Shown: one piece after another, positions 1 through 14,161 of the stretch
How positions within the stretch are numbered: the first letter of the stretch is position 1
Layout of the letters: every line of letters starts with the position of its first letter
Assembly: GCA_050012475.1 (NCBI GenBank)
Contig: JBEKHC010000016.1
Coordinates: 1 to 62,069, forward strand
DNA from: Candidatus Velthaea sp.
GTDB taxonomy: Bacteria > Vulcanimicrobiota > Vulcanimicrobiia > Vulcanimicrobiales > Vulcanimicrobiaceae
Length of the DNA: 62,069 nt
Direction of reading: 5' to 3'
Notes under the pieces: model-generated
What the model saw: the letters and a program-made list of their open reading frames with translations, nothing else
Told to the model about the DNA's origin: nothing
Databases searched by the model: none
Made by a program: the position numbers and the translations under genes

Positions 1-2
1 TC

Positions 3-260
3 ATCGTCTACAGCGACGGGCTCGACAGCGGCGAGCTGCCGCGGCTCGAAGGCGCGCTGCGTACGATCGATCGGCGATGCGCGGCGATCGTCTGGCTCAA
101 TCCGCACGCGGACGAACCGGGCTATCGCCCCAGCGCGCGCGGCATGCGCGCCGCGCTGCCGTTCGTCACCGTACTGGCGGCGGCAAACGACGCGCGCGGT
201 TTCGTGCGTCTCGCCGGACGGCTGGCGCGTGAGCCGCGCATCGTTGGCCGCCGGCGTTGA
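3..260 (+). CDS. 3' end of a VWA-domain CoxE-like protein (truncated by window edge)
   Basis: Manual translation: IVYSDGLDSGE...IVWLNPHADEPGYRPSARGMRAALPFV...*. This matches the SDG / WLNP / GM-AALP pattern of CoxE-family C-termini. Confidence 0.8.
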   Translation: MVYSDGLDSGELPRLEGALRTIDRRCAAIVWLNPHADEPGYRPSARGMRAALPFVTVLAAANDARGFVRLAGRLAREPRIVGRRR

Positions 261-281
261 TCGTCCGGCGTGCTGCTTGCG

Positions 282-3233
282 TTACGACGGTAGCGCCGAC
301 ATGATGCCGTGCGCAGCAGACGCAGAAAACGTCGCGAGGAAACGCTCGAATTCGACCGCCGGCAGCGGCCGGCTAAAGAGAAACCCCTGGATCCGGTCGA
401 CGCCGAACGAACGCAATGTTTCCAGCTGGGCCGGTGTTTCGACGCCTTCGGCGATCACCCGCATTCCCAGACTGTGCGCCAACGTAATGATCGTCTTCGC
501 GATCGCCTGATCGGTGGGGTCATCGGCGACATCGTGCACGAAGGAACGATCGATTTTGAGCGCGTTCACCGGAAAATTCTTGATGTAGGCGAGCGAACTG
601 TAGCCGGTTCCGAAATCATCGATCGAGAGGTTGATGCCCAGCGTTTTGAGCTCGTCGAGCGTCGTCAGCGTGGCGTACGTGTTGCCCATGACGACGCTTT
701 CGGTGATTTCGATCGTGAGCCGCCGCGGATCCGTCGTGTAGTGGGCCAATGCCGTGACCAGGTCGTCGACGAATCCGGTCTTACCGAATTGATGCGCCGA
801 AACGTTGACGGCGATGGTCAAATCCTCGTGCCCGGCGCGTTTGAGCCGCTCGAGCATGGCGCACGCGGCTTGCAGGACGACGGCACCGATGTGCGCGATG
901 AGCCCGCGTTCTTCGGCAAACGCGATGAAGTCGCCCGGCATCAACAGACCGCGGCGCGGATGCTGCCAACGCACCAAGGCCTCCGCACCGATCGGACGGT
1001 CCGCGGACAGATCGATGATGGGCTGGTAGTACACCACCAGTTCGCCGGCCCCGATCGCATGCCGCAGCTCGGCTTCGCGTTCCGACGCGGCGACGATCGA
1101 GTTTTGCACGTCGTTGCTGTAGCAGCGGTACGTATTGCGCCCGTCCTGTTTCGCCGCGTACATTGCGGCGTCGGCTTTGCGAATGAGCGTTTCGCCATCC
1201 AATCCGTCCGCCGGGTAAGCGCTGATCCCGATGCTGGCCTCGACGGTCACCAGCTCGCCACCGACCTCGATCGGCACGGTGACCGCTTTGAGCAGCCGGT
1301 TCGCGATGCGCGACATCTCGTCGCCGCGCCCGGACGCCGCGCAGACAATGATGAACTCGTCGCCGCCGACGCGGCTGGCCGTGTCGCCGGCGCGCAGGCC
1401 GGTGCCGATTCGGCGTCCCGTCTCTTTCAAGACCCGATCGCCCGCCGCATGGCCGAACGTATCGTTGATGGATTTGAAGCGGTCCAGATCCAGATACAGC
1501 ACGATGACGCCGCTATTTTTGCGATCCGCCTGCGCGATCGCTTGGGTCAACCGATCCATGAGCAGCATGCGATTCGGCAGGTCGGTCATGGCGTCGTGGT
1601 GGACGCGGTGTTCCAGTTCGGCGACCGTGCGTGCGAGCGTTTTTTCGGCGGTCTTGCGTTCCTCGATGTCGGTGGCGGTGACGACCCACTTGCCCGCGTC
1701 GCCGTTGGTGTCCGCGAACGGCACGCAGCGAACGAGATGCCAGCGATACACACCGTCAAACCGGCGCAACCGCGACTCGCATTCGAATTCGCGCGGCGGG
1801 ATCGCTTCGCGCCCGGCTTTGATCGCCGCGACGTCGGCGGCGTCGACAATCCCGGAAAGACCGACGACGGCGCCGGTTTCGAGCGAGAACCCCGTATACT
1901 GCGACCACCGCTGGTTCACGTACAGCAGCATCGCGTCGGCGCCGACCACCCACACCAACTGCGGCAGAGCTTCGGTCAGCGCGCGATAGCGCGCCTCGCT
2001 GCTGACCAGCGCTTCTTTTTCCTCGTCCAGCTGACGGCTCAAGGAGCGCAGTTCGGTGACGTCCCAGTCGGTGCCGATGACGCGCACCGGCCTGCCGGCC
2101 GCATCGCGCACGAGCGTCGCGAGCGACCGGATGTGGTGCACTTCGCCGTTTTGCCAGATGACCCGGAACTCCGAATCGGACGGAACTCCGTCGGCGATGT
2201 CGCCATTGACCTCGCGCACGGCACGCTCGCGGTCGTGGGGATGCAGCGTCCCGGTCCAGAGCGCGAACGTCGGCACGGCCGTGGCATCTTCGATACCATA
2301 GAGGGTGTACATGTTGCGGTCCCACACCGAATCGTTGGTCCGCAAATCCAGCTCCCAGATACCGATCTTGCCGGATTGATTGGCGACCGCAACGTATTCG
2401 TTGAGCCGGTGCCGGCCCCGCTCGACGTTCTTGTGCTCGGTGATGTCTTGAAAATAACCCACGAGCGCGACGATGCTTCCATCCGCGGCACGTTCGGCGC
2501 GGCCGCCGTGGACGACGCTGCGCGTCGATCCATCCGCTCGAACGATACGTGCTTCGTCACGATAGGGCGTGCCCTCGGTTCGCGCGCGCTCGAGGAGCGC
2601 AGCGATTCGGGTGCCGTCCGCCGGCTCGCAACCCGCCAGCGCAAATTTGGTGGTCGGCTGCTCCGTCAACGGCAATCCGTATGTCCGGTACACTTCATCC
2701 GACCAGGACAAGTGCTGGGTGACCAAGTCGAAGCGCCAATGTCCGATTTGCGCCTGCGCCTCGCTGGCGACCGCGGCCAGCGACGATCCAGGCGCCTCGC
2801 CTAGGGGGAACTCTGCCACGACCGGCCGCCGACGACCGTCGCTCACCGAAACGAGCGTTTTGCTTCCCCGCTGCGCCGGCAGCGTTCGGGTTTCGATCTG
2901 AACCGGAACGATCGCGCCGTCCCCGCGGCGCGCGGTCAGGCTGGGACCGAACGCAGCACATGCCAGGGGATCGAAGCGTTCCGGGTCGGGGTATGGGGCT
3001 TCGTCCGTCGACGTGAAGGCCGCGCATTCGAGCACGGCCACAGGGCGCCCCTCGAGCATCCCGGGCCCATACCCCAGGATGCGCTCGGCCTCGGCATTGG
3101 CGACCTCGATCGTGCCGCAGGCGTCAACGACGAACAGGCCGTTTTCGGCGGCCGTGACGATCAGCCGCCGGTGTTCATCTTCATCGGCTGCAAAGGCATC
3201 GCCGGACGCCGGATCGTCGCGAAGCGATCGCAT
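282..3233 (-). CDS. Multi-PAS diguanylate cyclase/phosphodiesterase (PAS x4-GGDEF-EAL)
   Basis: Motifs RVGGDEF, AEALVRW, EITES, IDDFGTGYSSL and LKIDRSF, plus PAS/PAC repeats. Confidence 0.95.
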   Translation of the reverse strand: MRSLRDDPASGDAFAADEDEHRRLIVTAAENGLFVVDACGTIEVANAEAERILGYGPGMLEGRPVAVLECAAFTSTDEAPYPDPERFDPLACAAFGPSLTARRGDGAIVPVQIETRTLPAQRGSKTLVSVSDGRRRPVVAEFPLGEAPGSSLAAVASEAQAQIGHWRFDLVTQHLSWSDEVYRTYGLPLTEQPTTKFALAGCEPADGTRIAALLERARTEGTPYRDEARIVRADGSTRSVVHGGRAERAADGSIVALVGYFQDITEHKNVERGRHRLNEYVAVANQSGKIGIWELDLRTNDSVWDRNMYTLYGIEDATAVPTFALWTGTLHPHDRERAVREVNGDIADGVPSDSEFRVIWQNGEVHHIRSLATLVRDAAGRPVRVIGTDWDVTELRSLSRQLDEEKEALVSSEARYRALTEALPQLVWVVGADAMLLYVNQRWSQYTGFSLETGAVVGLSGIVDAADVAAIKAGREAIPPREFECESRLRRFDGVYRWHLVRCVPFADTNGDAGKWVVTATDIEERKTAEKTLARTVAELEHRVHHDAMTDLPNRMLLMDRLTQAIAQADRKNSGVIVLYLDLDRFKSINDTFGHAAGDRVLKETGRRIGTGLRAGDTASRVGGDEFIIVCAASGRGDEMSRIANRLLKAVTVPIEVGGELVTVEASIGISAYPADGLDGETLIRKADAAMYAAKQDGRNTYRCYSNDVQNSIVAASEREAELRHAIGAGELVVYYQPIIDLSADRPIGAEALVRWQHPRRGLLMPGDFIAFAEERGLIAHIGAVVLQAACAMLERLKRAGHEDLTIAVNVSAHQFGKTGFVDDLVTALAHYTTDPRRLTIEITESVVMGNTYATLTTLDELKTLGINLSIDDFGTGYSSLAYIKNFPVNALKIDRSFVHDVADDPTDQAIAKTIITLAHSLGMRVIAEGVETPAQLETLRSFGVDRIQGFLFSRPLPAVEFERFLATFSASAAHGIMSALPS

Positions 3234-3396
3234 CACCCAAGACCCGCGGGCGCGCGCCGATCAGCCATCCGCCATACGAACGTTTGCAGCATGCTCCTAT
3301 GAGCATCGGCGAAACGACACAACGCCCGCTTGGAACGTGCCCCCAACGTGGTTTCGAAACGGTTAAGGACCGCCGCCCTCCGCCGAAGCCGCCGCC

Positions 3397-4734
3397 TTAG
3401 GGCGCGCCGTTGCGCTGCTCGCGCGTGGCTTTGCTGCGCTCGTCGATTTCCTGATACCCTCGCTCTTGGGCGCCGACGTAGAGTTGCCGCGGGCGCGAAA
3501 TCCGCACTTCGGGATCCTCGATCATCTCTTTCCATTGCGCGAGCCAGCCGGCGGTGCGGGCGACGGCGAAGAACGGCGTGAACATTTGCTGGGGGATACC
3601 CAGCGCGCGCATCACGATCCCCGAGTAGTAGTCGACGTTGGGATACAGTTTGCGCTCGGCAAAGTACGGGTCGGCCAGGATCGTCTGTTCGAGTTCGCGC
3701 GCGAGGACGAGCAGCGGATCTTGCTCCGCGTCGCTGTGCGCGAACACGTCGTCGCAGATGCGCTGCAGAACCGTTGCACGCGGGTCGTAACTCTTGTACA
3801 CGCGATGCCCGAAGCCCATGAGCAGGAACGGATCGTTCTTGTCTTTGGCGCGCGCGATGTATTGCGGAATGCGTTCGCGGGTCCCGATCTCTTCAAGGAG
3901 TTCGACCACGGCTTCGTTGGCGCCGCCGTGCAGCGGGCCCGACAGCGAAGCGATGCCCGAAGCCACGCAAGCAAACGGATTGGCGCGGCTCGAGCCGACC
4001 GTCCGGACCGTCGAGGTCGATGCGTTCTGCTCGTGATCGGCCTGCACGATGAGCAGCGCGTTGATCGCCTTCACGAAGACCGGATTGATTTCGTACGGCT
4101 CGGCCGGCACCGAGAAAAGCATGTTGAGGAAATTCGCGGAGTAGTCCAGCCGGTTCTGGGGGTAGACGAACGGCTGGCCGACGGCGTTCTTGTGCGCCAT
4201 CGCGGCGATCGTCGGCATCTTCGCCAGCAGCCGGTGGTAACAAATCAGGCGCTGGTGCGGGTCGAAGACGTCGGTGCTGTCGGGGAAAAACGCCGACAGC
4301 GCGCCGACCACGCCGAGCAGCACCGACATCGGATGCGCGTCACGCGGAAAGCCGGTATAGAAACGGGCGACCTGCTCGTGGACCATCGTGTGATGGGTGA
4401 TGCTGCTCTGGAACGCATCGAGCTCCGGCCGCGTCGGCAGTTCGCCGAACAGCAGCAGGTACGCCACCTCGAGATAGGATGAACGCTCCGCCAACACGTC
4501 GATGGGGTAGCCGCGATAGAGCAGAATCCCCGCGTCGCCGTCGACATAGGTGATCGCCGACTTGCAGCTGGCCGTGCTGTTGTAGCTCGGATCGAAGGTC
4601 AGCAGGTTTTCTTCCTGGAGCAGCCGGCGTACGTCGACGGCATCGTACCCCAGCGTGCCGTGCAGAATCGGCAGCTTCGCATGCGGCGTGCCGGCTTCGT
4701 CGGTGAGTTGAATTTCTCGCGCCTTGGTAGCCAA
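3397..4734 (-). CDS. gltA: Citrate synthase (type II)
   Basis: Motifs [45 protein letters not shown] and [11 protein letters not shown] start at 4734 follows an AAGGAG RBS. Confidence 0.95.
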   Translation of the reverse strand: MATKAREIQLTDEAGTPHAKLPILHGTLGYDAVDVRRLLQEENLLTFDPSYNSTASCKSAITYVDGDAGILLYRGYPIDVLAERSSYLEVAYLLLFGELPTRPELDAFQSSITHHTMVHEQVARFYTGFPRDAHPMSVLLGVVGALSAFFPDSTDVFDPHQRLICYHRLLAKMPTIAAMAHKNAVGQPFVYPQNRLDYSANFLNMLFSVPAEPYEINPVFVKAINALLIVQADHEQNASTSTVRTVGSSRANPFACVASGIASLSGPLHGGANEAVVELLEEIGTRERIPQYIARAKDKNDPFLLMGFGHRVYKSYDPRATVLQRICDDVFAHSDAEQDPLLVLARELEQTILADPYFAERKLYPNVDYYSGIVMRALGIPQQMFTPFFAVARTAGWLAQWKEMIEDPEVRISRPRQLYVGAQERGYQEIDERSKATREQRNGAP

Positions 4735-4890
4735 AGTCGTAATACTCCTTGCAGCGGCGGCCGACAATCTGCCGTCATGTTGCTTACGCGACGGCGACGG
4801 CGTTTCTTGCTCGCCAAGCAAGATGTGCGTGGTTTGCCGAGCAGAAATTCTACGCTCCGCGGCGCCCACTGCTCGGACCGCTCGAAAGAC

Positions 4891-4926
4891 AGCGGGGCCC
4901 GCTTTCGAAAGGCGGCGGGCCCCGCT
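4891..4926 (-). terminator. Strong hairpin after rpoC (probable terminator)
   Basis: 12-bp stem AGCGGGGCCCGC/GCGGGCCCCGCT, followed by GTCTTT on the minus strand. Confidence 0.6.
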
Positions 4927-4984
4927 TTCGCGAGGCCCGCTGTCCCTGCCGTCTCCCGGAGTCCGTCGGGCGGCGCGAGCTGCG

Positions 4985-8779
<3,795 letters not shown>

Positions 8780-8909
8780 ATTTCCGTCCTTTTTGCGCGG
8801 ACGCTCCGGAGAGCGCCCCTACGCACCAAAAGGCCGATAACGCCGAACAGGGCTCCGGGGTCTCCGGGTCCCTGAACTTCCATTTATCGACCGAGGGGCA
8901 TAGGCAGGT

Positions 8910-8938
8910 ATTATACGCCGTCTCTCACTGTGCGTCAA
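8910..8938 (-). promoter_or_regulatory. sigma70-type promoter directly upstream of rpoC
   Basis: Minus strand reads TTGACG-N17-TATAAT. Confidence 0.85.
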
Positions 8939-9144
8939 GGCACAGGGACGCCGACCCGGCTAAGCAACCTGATTTCGGCGAGGGATTCGCCCGCCGGCGA
9001 TTTTGTTCCCGTCGCCCCGGCCTCGACGCCAGGATCGGCCTCGTCGGCGATCAGCCGTCTTCTTCCGTATCGGCGGTCCCGCTTTGGATCTCTTGCGACC
9101 AGCGAAGTCTGCCCTGCTTTTCCTAACTCGTCAGCTGCTCTTGC

Positions 9145-9181
9145 ATGGACGGATCGAGAGCCTGATGGACGGATCGAGAGC
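9145..9181. repeat. Direct repeat ATGGACGGATCGAGAGC x2 (20-bp period)
   Basis: Copies at 9145-9161 and 9165-9181. Confidence 0.85.
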
Positions 9182-9310
9182 ACTAACCGGCAGGCGACCG
9201 TATGAGCGCACTCATGGTCGCGTTCAGCTCATTTGAAGGACGCCCGGTCGCGTTCGTCCTACCGTCAAACCAACCGCCAGCCTTACGAGCGGACTCCAAG
9301 GTCGCCTATG

Positions 9311-9358
9311 GCTCGCTTGATCGCGAGCGCCTCCCTATAGCTCGCTTGATCGCGAGCG
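9311..9358. repeat. Tandem REP-like mini-hairpin GCTCGCTTGATCGCGAGCG x2 (29-bp period)
   Basis: Copies at 9311-9329 and 9340-9358. Each has a GCTCGC/GCGAGC stem. Confidence 0.85.
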
Positions 9359-9365
9359 ATCTTTT

Positions 9366-9393
9366 AAGGAAAAGGCGCCCCGGTAGGCGCCTT
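9366..9393 (-). terminator. Intrinsic terminator after nusG
   Basis: AAGGCGCC-TACCGG-GGCGCCTT followed by TTCCTT, about 25 nt after the nusG stop. Confidence 0.7.
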
Positions 9394-9417
9394 GTTAACC
9401 GGGCGAGCCGGCTCGGC

Positions 9418-10017
9418 TCAGACTTTCTCGATCTGGTAGAACTCGAGTTCGACCGGCGTTTCGCGGCCGAAGATCGAGATGAGCGCGCGAACCTTCTCTT
9501 TTTCCGGCTGGATCTCGTCGACGATGCCGGTGAAGTCGAAGAAGGGGCCCGAGGTGACCTTGACCCGGTCGCCCTTGGCGAAGTCGATCTTGAGCTTGGG
9601 CGTCTCGATGCCCATCTGCTTGAGGATCGTCTTGACCTCTTTGTCTTGCAGGGGGACCGGCTTTTCGCCCGAGCCCGGCGAGCCGACGAAGCCGGTCACG
9701 CCCGACGTGTTCCGCACGACGTACCAAGAAGCGTCGTCCATATCCATCTCGACGAGCACGTAGCCCGGGAAGACCTTCTTGGGCGTGATCTTGCGCTTGC
9801 CGTCCTTGAACTCGACCTCGTCTTCCATCGGGACGAGCACACGGAAAATCTTGTCCGTCATGTTCATCGAGTGAATGCGCCGCTCGAGATTGGCCTTGAC
9901 CTTGTTCTCGTAACCGGAATACGTGTGGATGACGAACCACTTCTTCCGATCGTCTTTTTTCGATTTCGGCGGTTCGGCCGGCGCGACGGCCGCGGCGCTG
10001 GTGTCTATGGAATCCAT
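9418..10017 (-). CDS. nusG: Transcription termination/antitermination factor NusG
   Basis: Motifs WFVIHTYSGYENKV, KVFPGYVLV, KOW GDRVKVTSGPF and IFGRETPVEL. ATG follows AGGTGAG. Confidence 0.98.
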   Translation of the reverse strand: MDSIDTSAAAVAPAEPPKSKKDDRKKWFVIHTYSGYENKVKANLERRIHSMNMTDKIFRVLVPMEDEVEFKDGKRKITPKKVFPGYVLVEMDMDDASWYVVRNTSGVTGFVGSPGSGEKPVPLQDKEVKTILKQMGIETPKLKIDFAKGDRVKVTSGPFFDFTGIVDEIQPEKEKVRALISIFGRETPVELEFYQIEKV

Positions 10018-10022
10018 CTCAC

Positions 10023-10316
10023 CTACCGTGTGGTGTTTCCGGTAATAAGCCCGACGAGCCAGCCGAACAAATGGTCCGCAGCCGCGGTATACAACCCGAC
10101 GACGACCACCAGTCCAAGCGTCAGCAAGGTGGCGGTCACCCATTCTTCACGCGACGGCCAAGTGACGCGTTTCATCTCTGAGATGACCCCGGTCACGAAT
10201 GCCTGGGTGCGCGCAGCGTTGGCGGCCCGGTTGCCTGCGGCGGGCGTAGCGGCGACCCGGCCGCCCGATGGGCGTGTTGCGGCCGGCTTCCCCGGTTGCT
10301 TGATCGTTGGCTTCAT
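10023..10316 (-). CDS. secE: Preprotein translocase SecE
   Basis: EMKRVTWPSREE followed by one TM helix. Lies between tRNA-Trp and nusG. Confidence 0.95.
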   Translation of the reverse strand: MKPTIKQPGKPAATRPSGGRVAATPAAGNRAANAARTQAFVTGVISEMKRVTWPSREEWVTATLLTLGLVVVVGLYTAAADHLFGWLVGLITGNTTR

Positions 10317-10341
10317 CGTACTTTCGACTCGAGAAAAAAGT

Positions 10342-10417
10342 TGGCAGGGCGGACAGGACTCGAACCTGCAACAACTGGTTTTGGAGACCAGGACTCTACC
10401 AATTGAGCTACCACCCT
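10342..10417 (-). tRNA. tRNA-Trp (CCA)
   Basis: Cloverleaf AGGGTGG...CTGGT-CTCCAAA-ACCAG...GGTTCGAGTCC...CCGCCCTGCCA. Confidence 0.97.
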
Positions 10418-10596
10418 TAGAGACTGGGAAGACGGCTCGCAGCCGCCGGACTGCGTCGCCTCGGTCCTTGCGGTCGCAAGACCGCGGCGGACGTCGGCTC
10501 CTTGCCGGCGACTGCGATCCGCCTTCCGCACGATTGGTGGGGTAGGGCGGCGAACGTCGATCGGCAAGGCACACTGGCTGACGCGGGACGTTTGCT

Positions 10597-10761
10597 TTAC
10601 TTCGTTTCGCGGTGTGAGCGGTGGCACCGGCAGAAGCGGCAATACTTGCTGAGCTCGAGCCGGGCGGTGGTCTTCTGCTTGTTCTTTTGCGTGTTGTAGT
10701 TGCGACGCTTGCACTCGGTGCAGGCCATCGTAATCATCACACGGGTTTCTTTCTTCGCCAT
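10597..10761 (-). CDS. rpmG: 50S ribosomal protein L33 (Zn-binding CxxC form)
   Basis: [22 protein letters not shown]...[21 protein letters not shown]. Confidence 0.97.
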   Translation of the reverse strand: MAKKETRVMITMACTECKRRNYNTQKNKQKTTARLELSKYCRFCRCHRSHRETK

Positions 10762-10832
10762 TATCCGGTTTCGCTGGACGTCGGCGCAAGCGCCGAACAT
10801 GAAAGAAACGGACGCGCGGTCCGTTCGCCCGA

Positions 10833-10861
10833 ATGATAGCACAGGGCACGGGCCGTGTAAA
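10833..10861 (-). promoter_or_regulatory. sigma70-type promoter of rpmG-tRNA-Trp-secE-nusG
   Basis: TTTACA-N17-TATCAT with a TGn extended -10. Confidence 0.65.
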
Positions 10862-10879
10862 CTCAAATCGAAGGCACAC

Positions 10880-12433
10880 GTGAAGAGGCTCGGTGACCGA
10901 CTCCGCGCTCGACTATCCTCAGTCGGGCGCTTCGTATGGTCGAATCGGCTGGCGCTTTCGCTTGCTGCGATCCCTTTTTTCCTGCACGTCCTGGCGTTCA
11001 ACCGTTACGGGTTCTTCCGCGACGAACTGTATTTCATCGTCTGCGGCCGCCATCCGGCGCTCGGCTACGTCGACCAGCCACCATTGACCCCGCTGCTCGC
11101 CGCAGCCTCCCAAGCCGCCGGCCAGAGCTTGTGGCTGCTGCGGATCATCCCAGCCCTGTTCCAGGTCGGAGCGGTGGTCGGCGCCTGCGCCGTAGCCCGG
11201 CTGCTGGGGGGCGGACGGACCGCTCAAGTCTTTACCGGGCTGTGCGTGGGCCTGTCGCCGCTGTTGCTCGCGCTGGCGGGATTGCTCGAAACGACCGCCC
11301 TCGAGCCGTTTTTGTGGACGGTCGTGGTGTACGCGCTGCTGCGCGCCGCGCTGCGCGATGAGCCGCGCTGGCTGATCGCCGCCGGCGCTGCCGCCGGTGT
11401 CGCGCTAGAAACCAAGTATACGATCGTCTTTTTGTTGGCCGGCCTCATTGCGGGTCTCTCCGTCTGCGGCCCGCGCAGCGTCTTCGCCCGCCGCGAGTTC
11501 TGGATAGGGGCGGCCGCGGCCGTCGCGCTCGTCATCCCCAATGCGCTGTGGCAGCACGCGCACGGCTGGCCGATGTGGGAGGTGCTGCGCAACGACGCGC
11601 TCGACAAGAACGTCGTGCTCGACCCCGGCTCGTGGATGCTGCAGCAGTTCGTGATCTACAGCCCGCTCATGGCCCCGGTCTGGCTGGCCGGCATCGTCGC
11701 GCTCAACGCCTGGAAACGCACGCGTTTCTTGGGCCTGGCCGTGCTCTCGATCTACGCTGCATTTTTCTGGCTGCACGCCCGCGACTATTATCTGGCCGGG
11801 TTGTATCCCGTGCTGTTCGCTGCCGGCGGAGCTGCGCTCGAACGTGTGCTCCGCGTCCGCGCCGTGCGCTACACGTATGCGACGCTGCTGGTCGCCACGT
11901 CGGTGTTCGTCGCGCCGGTCGCACTGCCGCTGCTCGATGAAAAAACCCTCATCGCCTACCGCTCGAGCGCCGAGGCGATGCTCGCCGAACGGCCGTCGGA
12001 CGAAAGCAGCGAGCGGTACGCGGTGAGCGTTTTGCCGCAGCATTTTGCGGACATGCACGGATGGGGAACGATCGTCGAACGCATCGCCGAAGTCGAACGC
12101 ACGCTGTCGCCTAGCGAACGCGCGCAGACCGCGATCTTTACCCAGAATTTCGGCGAGGCGGCGGCGCTCGACGTCTTGGGCGACGGCCGGCTGCCGGTCA
12201 TCTCCGGTCACAACAACTACTATCTGTGGGGGCCGCACGGGCAACACGCGATCTTCATCATCGTCGGCGGCCGCAAGAGCGATTACGAGCGCGCATTTCG
12301 CGATGTTCGGCAAGTCTCGACCATCGACAATCCCTATGCGCGCTCGGATCAGATCGGCGTCCGAATCTTCATCGCCCGCGACCTCCGGCCCAGCGCGATC
12401 CCGTTCTGGCGCAGCGTCCGGCACTACGATTAG
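10880..12433 (+). CDS. ArnT/PMT-like membrane glycosyltransferase (GT39-type), copy 1; start approximate
   Basis: [10 protein letters not shown]...[10 protein letters not shown], many TM helices, and [11 protein letters not shown]. Confidence 0.85.
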   Translation: MKRLGDRLRARLSSVGRFVWSNRLALSLAAIPFFLHVLAFNRYGFFRDELYFIVCGRHPALGYVDQPPLTPLLAAASQAAGQSLWLLRIIPALFQVGAVVGACAVARLLGGGRTAQVFTGLCVGLSPLLLALAGLLETTALEPFLWTVVVYALLRAALRDEPRWLIAAGAAAGVALETKYTIVFLLAGLIAGLSVCGPRSVFARREFWIGAAAAVALVIPNALWQHAHGWPMWEVLRNDALDKNVVLDPGSWMLQQFVIYSPLMAPVWLAGIVALNAWKRTRFLGLAVLSIYAAFFWLHARDYYLAGLYPVLFAAGGAALERVLRVRAVRYTYATLLVATSVFVAPVALPLLDEKTLIAYRSSAEAMLAERPSDESSERYAVSVLPQHFADMHGWGTIVERIAEVERTLSPSERAQTAIFTQNFGEAAALDVLGDGRLPVISGHNNYYLWGPHGQHAIFIIVGGRKSDYERAFRDVRQVSTIDNPYARSDQIGVRIFIARDLRPSAIPFWRSVRHYD

Positions 12434-13934
12434 CGCGTCGGCGACGCCCAATCGGCTGGCGCTCGGGCTCGCGGCCGTGCCGTTCATTCTTCACCTCGCC
12501 GCGCTGAACAACTACGATTTCTTCCGCGACGAACTGTACTTCATCGTCTGCGGCCGGCACCCGGCCTTCGGCTACGTGGATCAACCGCCGCTCGTTCCGC
12601 TCCTAGCGGCGGCGACGCAGTCTGCCGGCGAAAGCCTCTGGCTGCTGCGGATCTGGCCGGCCCTGTTCCACTGCGGCGCGGTGCTCGGCGCGTGCGCGAT
12701 CGCACGGCTGCTGGGCGGCGGACGCGGCGCGCAAATCCTCGCCGGCCTGGGCGTCGGCTGCGCTCCGGAACTGCTCGGCGTCACCGCGACGCTCAACACC
12801 ACGGCACTCGAACCGCTCGCATGGACCATCGTCGCATACGCGGTGCTCCGCGCAACGGTGCGCGACGAGCCGCGCTGGTGGATCGCCGCCGGGATCGTGG
12901 CCGGCGCAACGCTCGAAGACAAATACACGCTCGCATTTTGGCTGGCCGCGCTCGTCGCCGGGTTGGCCATCGCCGGTCCGCGGGCGACCTTCGGCCGCCG
13001 CGACTTTTGGTTGGGAGCGGCCGCCGCGATCGCACTAGCCGCACCAAGCCTGGTCTGGCAGTCAGCTCATCAATGGCCGTTTTTGGACCTGCTGAGGGCG
13101 GGCGCCAGCGGCAAAAACGTGGTGCTGGCCCCCGGAGCGTGGCTGGCAAGTCAGGTGTTCAGCCTCGGACCGCTCTTCGCGCCGGTCTGGATCGCGGGAC
13201 TCGCCCAACTGGCGATCGAGCCGCGCACGCGCTTCATCGGCGTGAGCGTGCTGTTGCTGTTCGTGACCTTCATCGCGCTCCATGCCAAGGATTATTACCT
13301 GGCCGGCATCTATCCGCTGCTCTTCGCCGCCGGCGGCGTCGCCCTCGAGCAAGTCATGCGCAGCGCCGCCCTGCGCAACGCATATGCGCTCGTCGCCGCC
13401 GCCGGAACGCTCGCCTTCGCTCCACTCGCGTTGCCGCTGTTGCCCGAATCCACGTTCATCGCCTACGCTGACACGCTGCGCCGAAATATGCACGTGAGCG
13501 CGAGCGACAGGGAACACCACCGAACGGCGCAATTGCCGCAGTATTTCGCGGATATGCACGGCTGGCGTGAACTGGCGGACCGGGTCGCGGTGGCCGAACG
13601 TTCCCTCTCACCGGAGGACCGCGCGAACGCCGCCGTCTTCACCCACAACTACGGTGAAGCCGCGGCCGTCGACGTCTTCGGCGACCATGCGCTGCCGGTC
13701 ATTTGCGGCCATAACAGCTATTATCTGTGGGGGTCGCACGGCTCGCATTCGGTGCTCATCGTCGTGGGCGGAACGCAGCGCGAGTTCGCGCGCGCCTTCC
13801 GCGACGTACGGCAAGTCCAGACCGTGCGCTCGGCGTACGCGATGCCGTACGAAAACGACTTGCCGATCTTCGTCGCACGCGATCCGCGGCTCGACCTCCA
13901 AGCGATCTGGCCCAGACTCCGGCACTACGATTGA
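12429..13934 (+). CDS. ArnT/PMT-like membrane glycosyltransferase, copy 2; start codon uncertain
   Basis: Paralogue of copy 1 ([24 protein letters not shown]; both end RHYD). Confidence 0.85.
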   Translation: MSASATPNRLALGLAAVPFILHLAALNNYDFFRDELYFIVCGRHPAFGYVDQPPLVPLLAAATQSAGESLWLLRIWPALFHCGAVLGACAIARLLGGGRGAQILAGLGVGCAPELLGVTATLNTTALEPLAWTIVAYAVLRATVRDEPRWWIAAGIVAGATLEDKYTLAFWLAALVAGLAIAGPRATFGRRDFWLGAAAAIALAAPSLVWQSAHQWPFLDLLRAGASGKNVVLAPGAWLASQVFSLGPLFAPVWIAGLAQLAIEPRTRFIGVSVLLLFVTFIALHAKDYYLAGIYPLLFAAGGVALEQVMRSAALRNAYALVAAAGTLAFAPLALPLLPESTFIAYADTLRRNMHVSASDREHHRTAQLPQYFADMHGWRELADRVAVAERSLSPEDRANAAVFTHNYGEAAAVDVFGDHALPVICGHNSYYLWGSHGSHSVLIVVGGTQREFARAFRDVRQVQTVRSAYAMPYENDLPIFVARDPRLDLQAIWPRLRHYD

Positions 13935-14128
13935 TGCCGCTCGAATCGGACGCCGCCTACACCTGTCCGGTTTGCTTCGAGACCAACTACGTCGCGGTCG
14001 ATCCCTCGGGCGGGGCCAAACAGACCTTTGTCGAGGACTGCCCGGTGTGCTGCCGGCCGCTGCTTTTCGCTACGGCCTTCGACGCCGACGGTGACGCGGT
14101 CGTCGTCAGCGTCGAAGACGAATCCTAA
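13934..14128 (+). CDS. CPXCG-motif cysteine-rich small protein
   Basis: YTCPVCFE...FVEDCPVCCRP. TGATG overlap with the upstream stop. Confidence 0.85.
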   Translation: MPLESDAAYTCPVCFETNYVAVDPSGGAKQTFVEDCPVCCRPLLFATAFDADGDAVVVSVEDES

Positions 14129-14161
14129 CCCGGCGTACCACCGACAAACGTCTGAAATTTT

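Noticed and set aside
8935..9183. 82-aa ORF as an rpoB or rplK remnant
   Set aside because: No similarity to the RpoB C-terminus or L11. It crosses the repeats and ends in the promoter.
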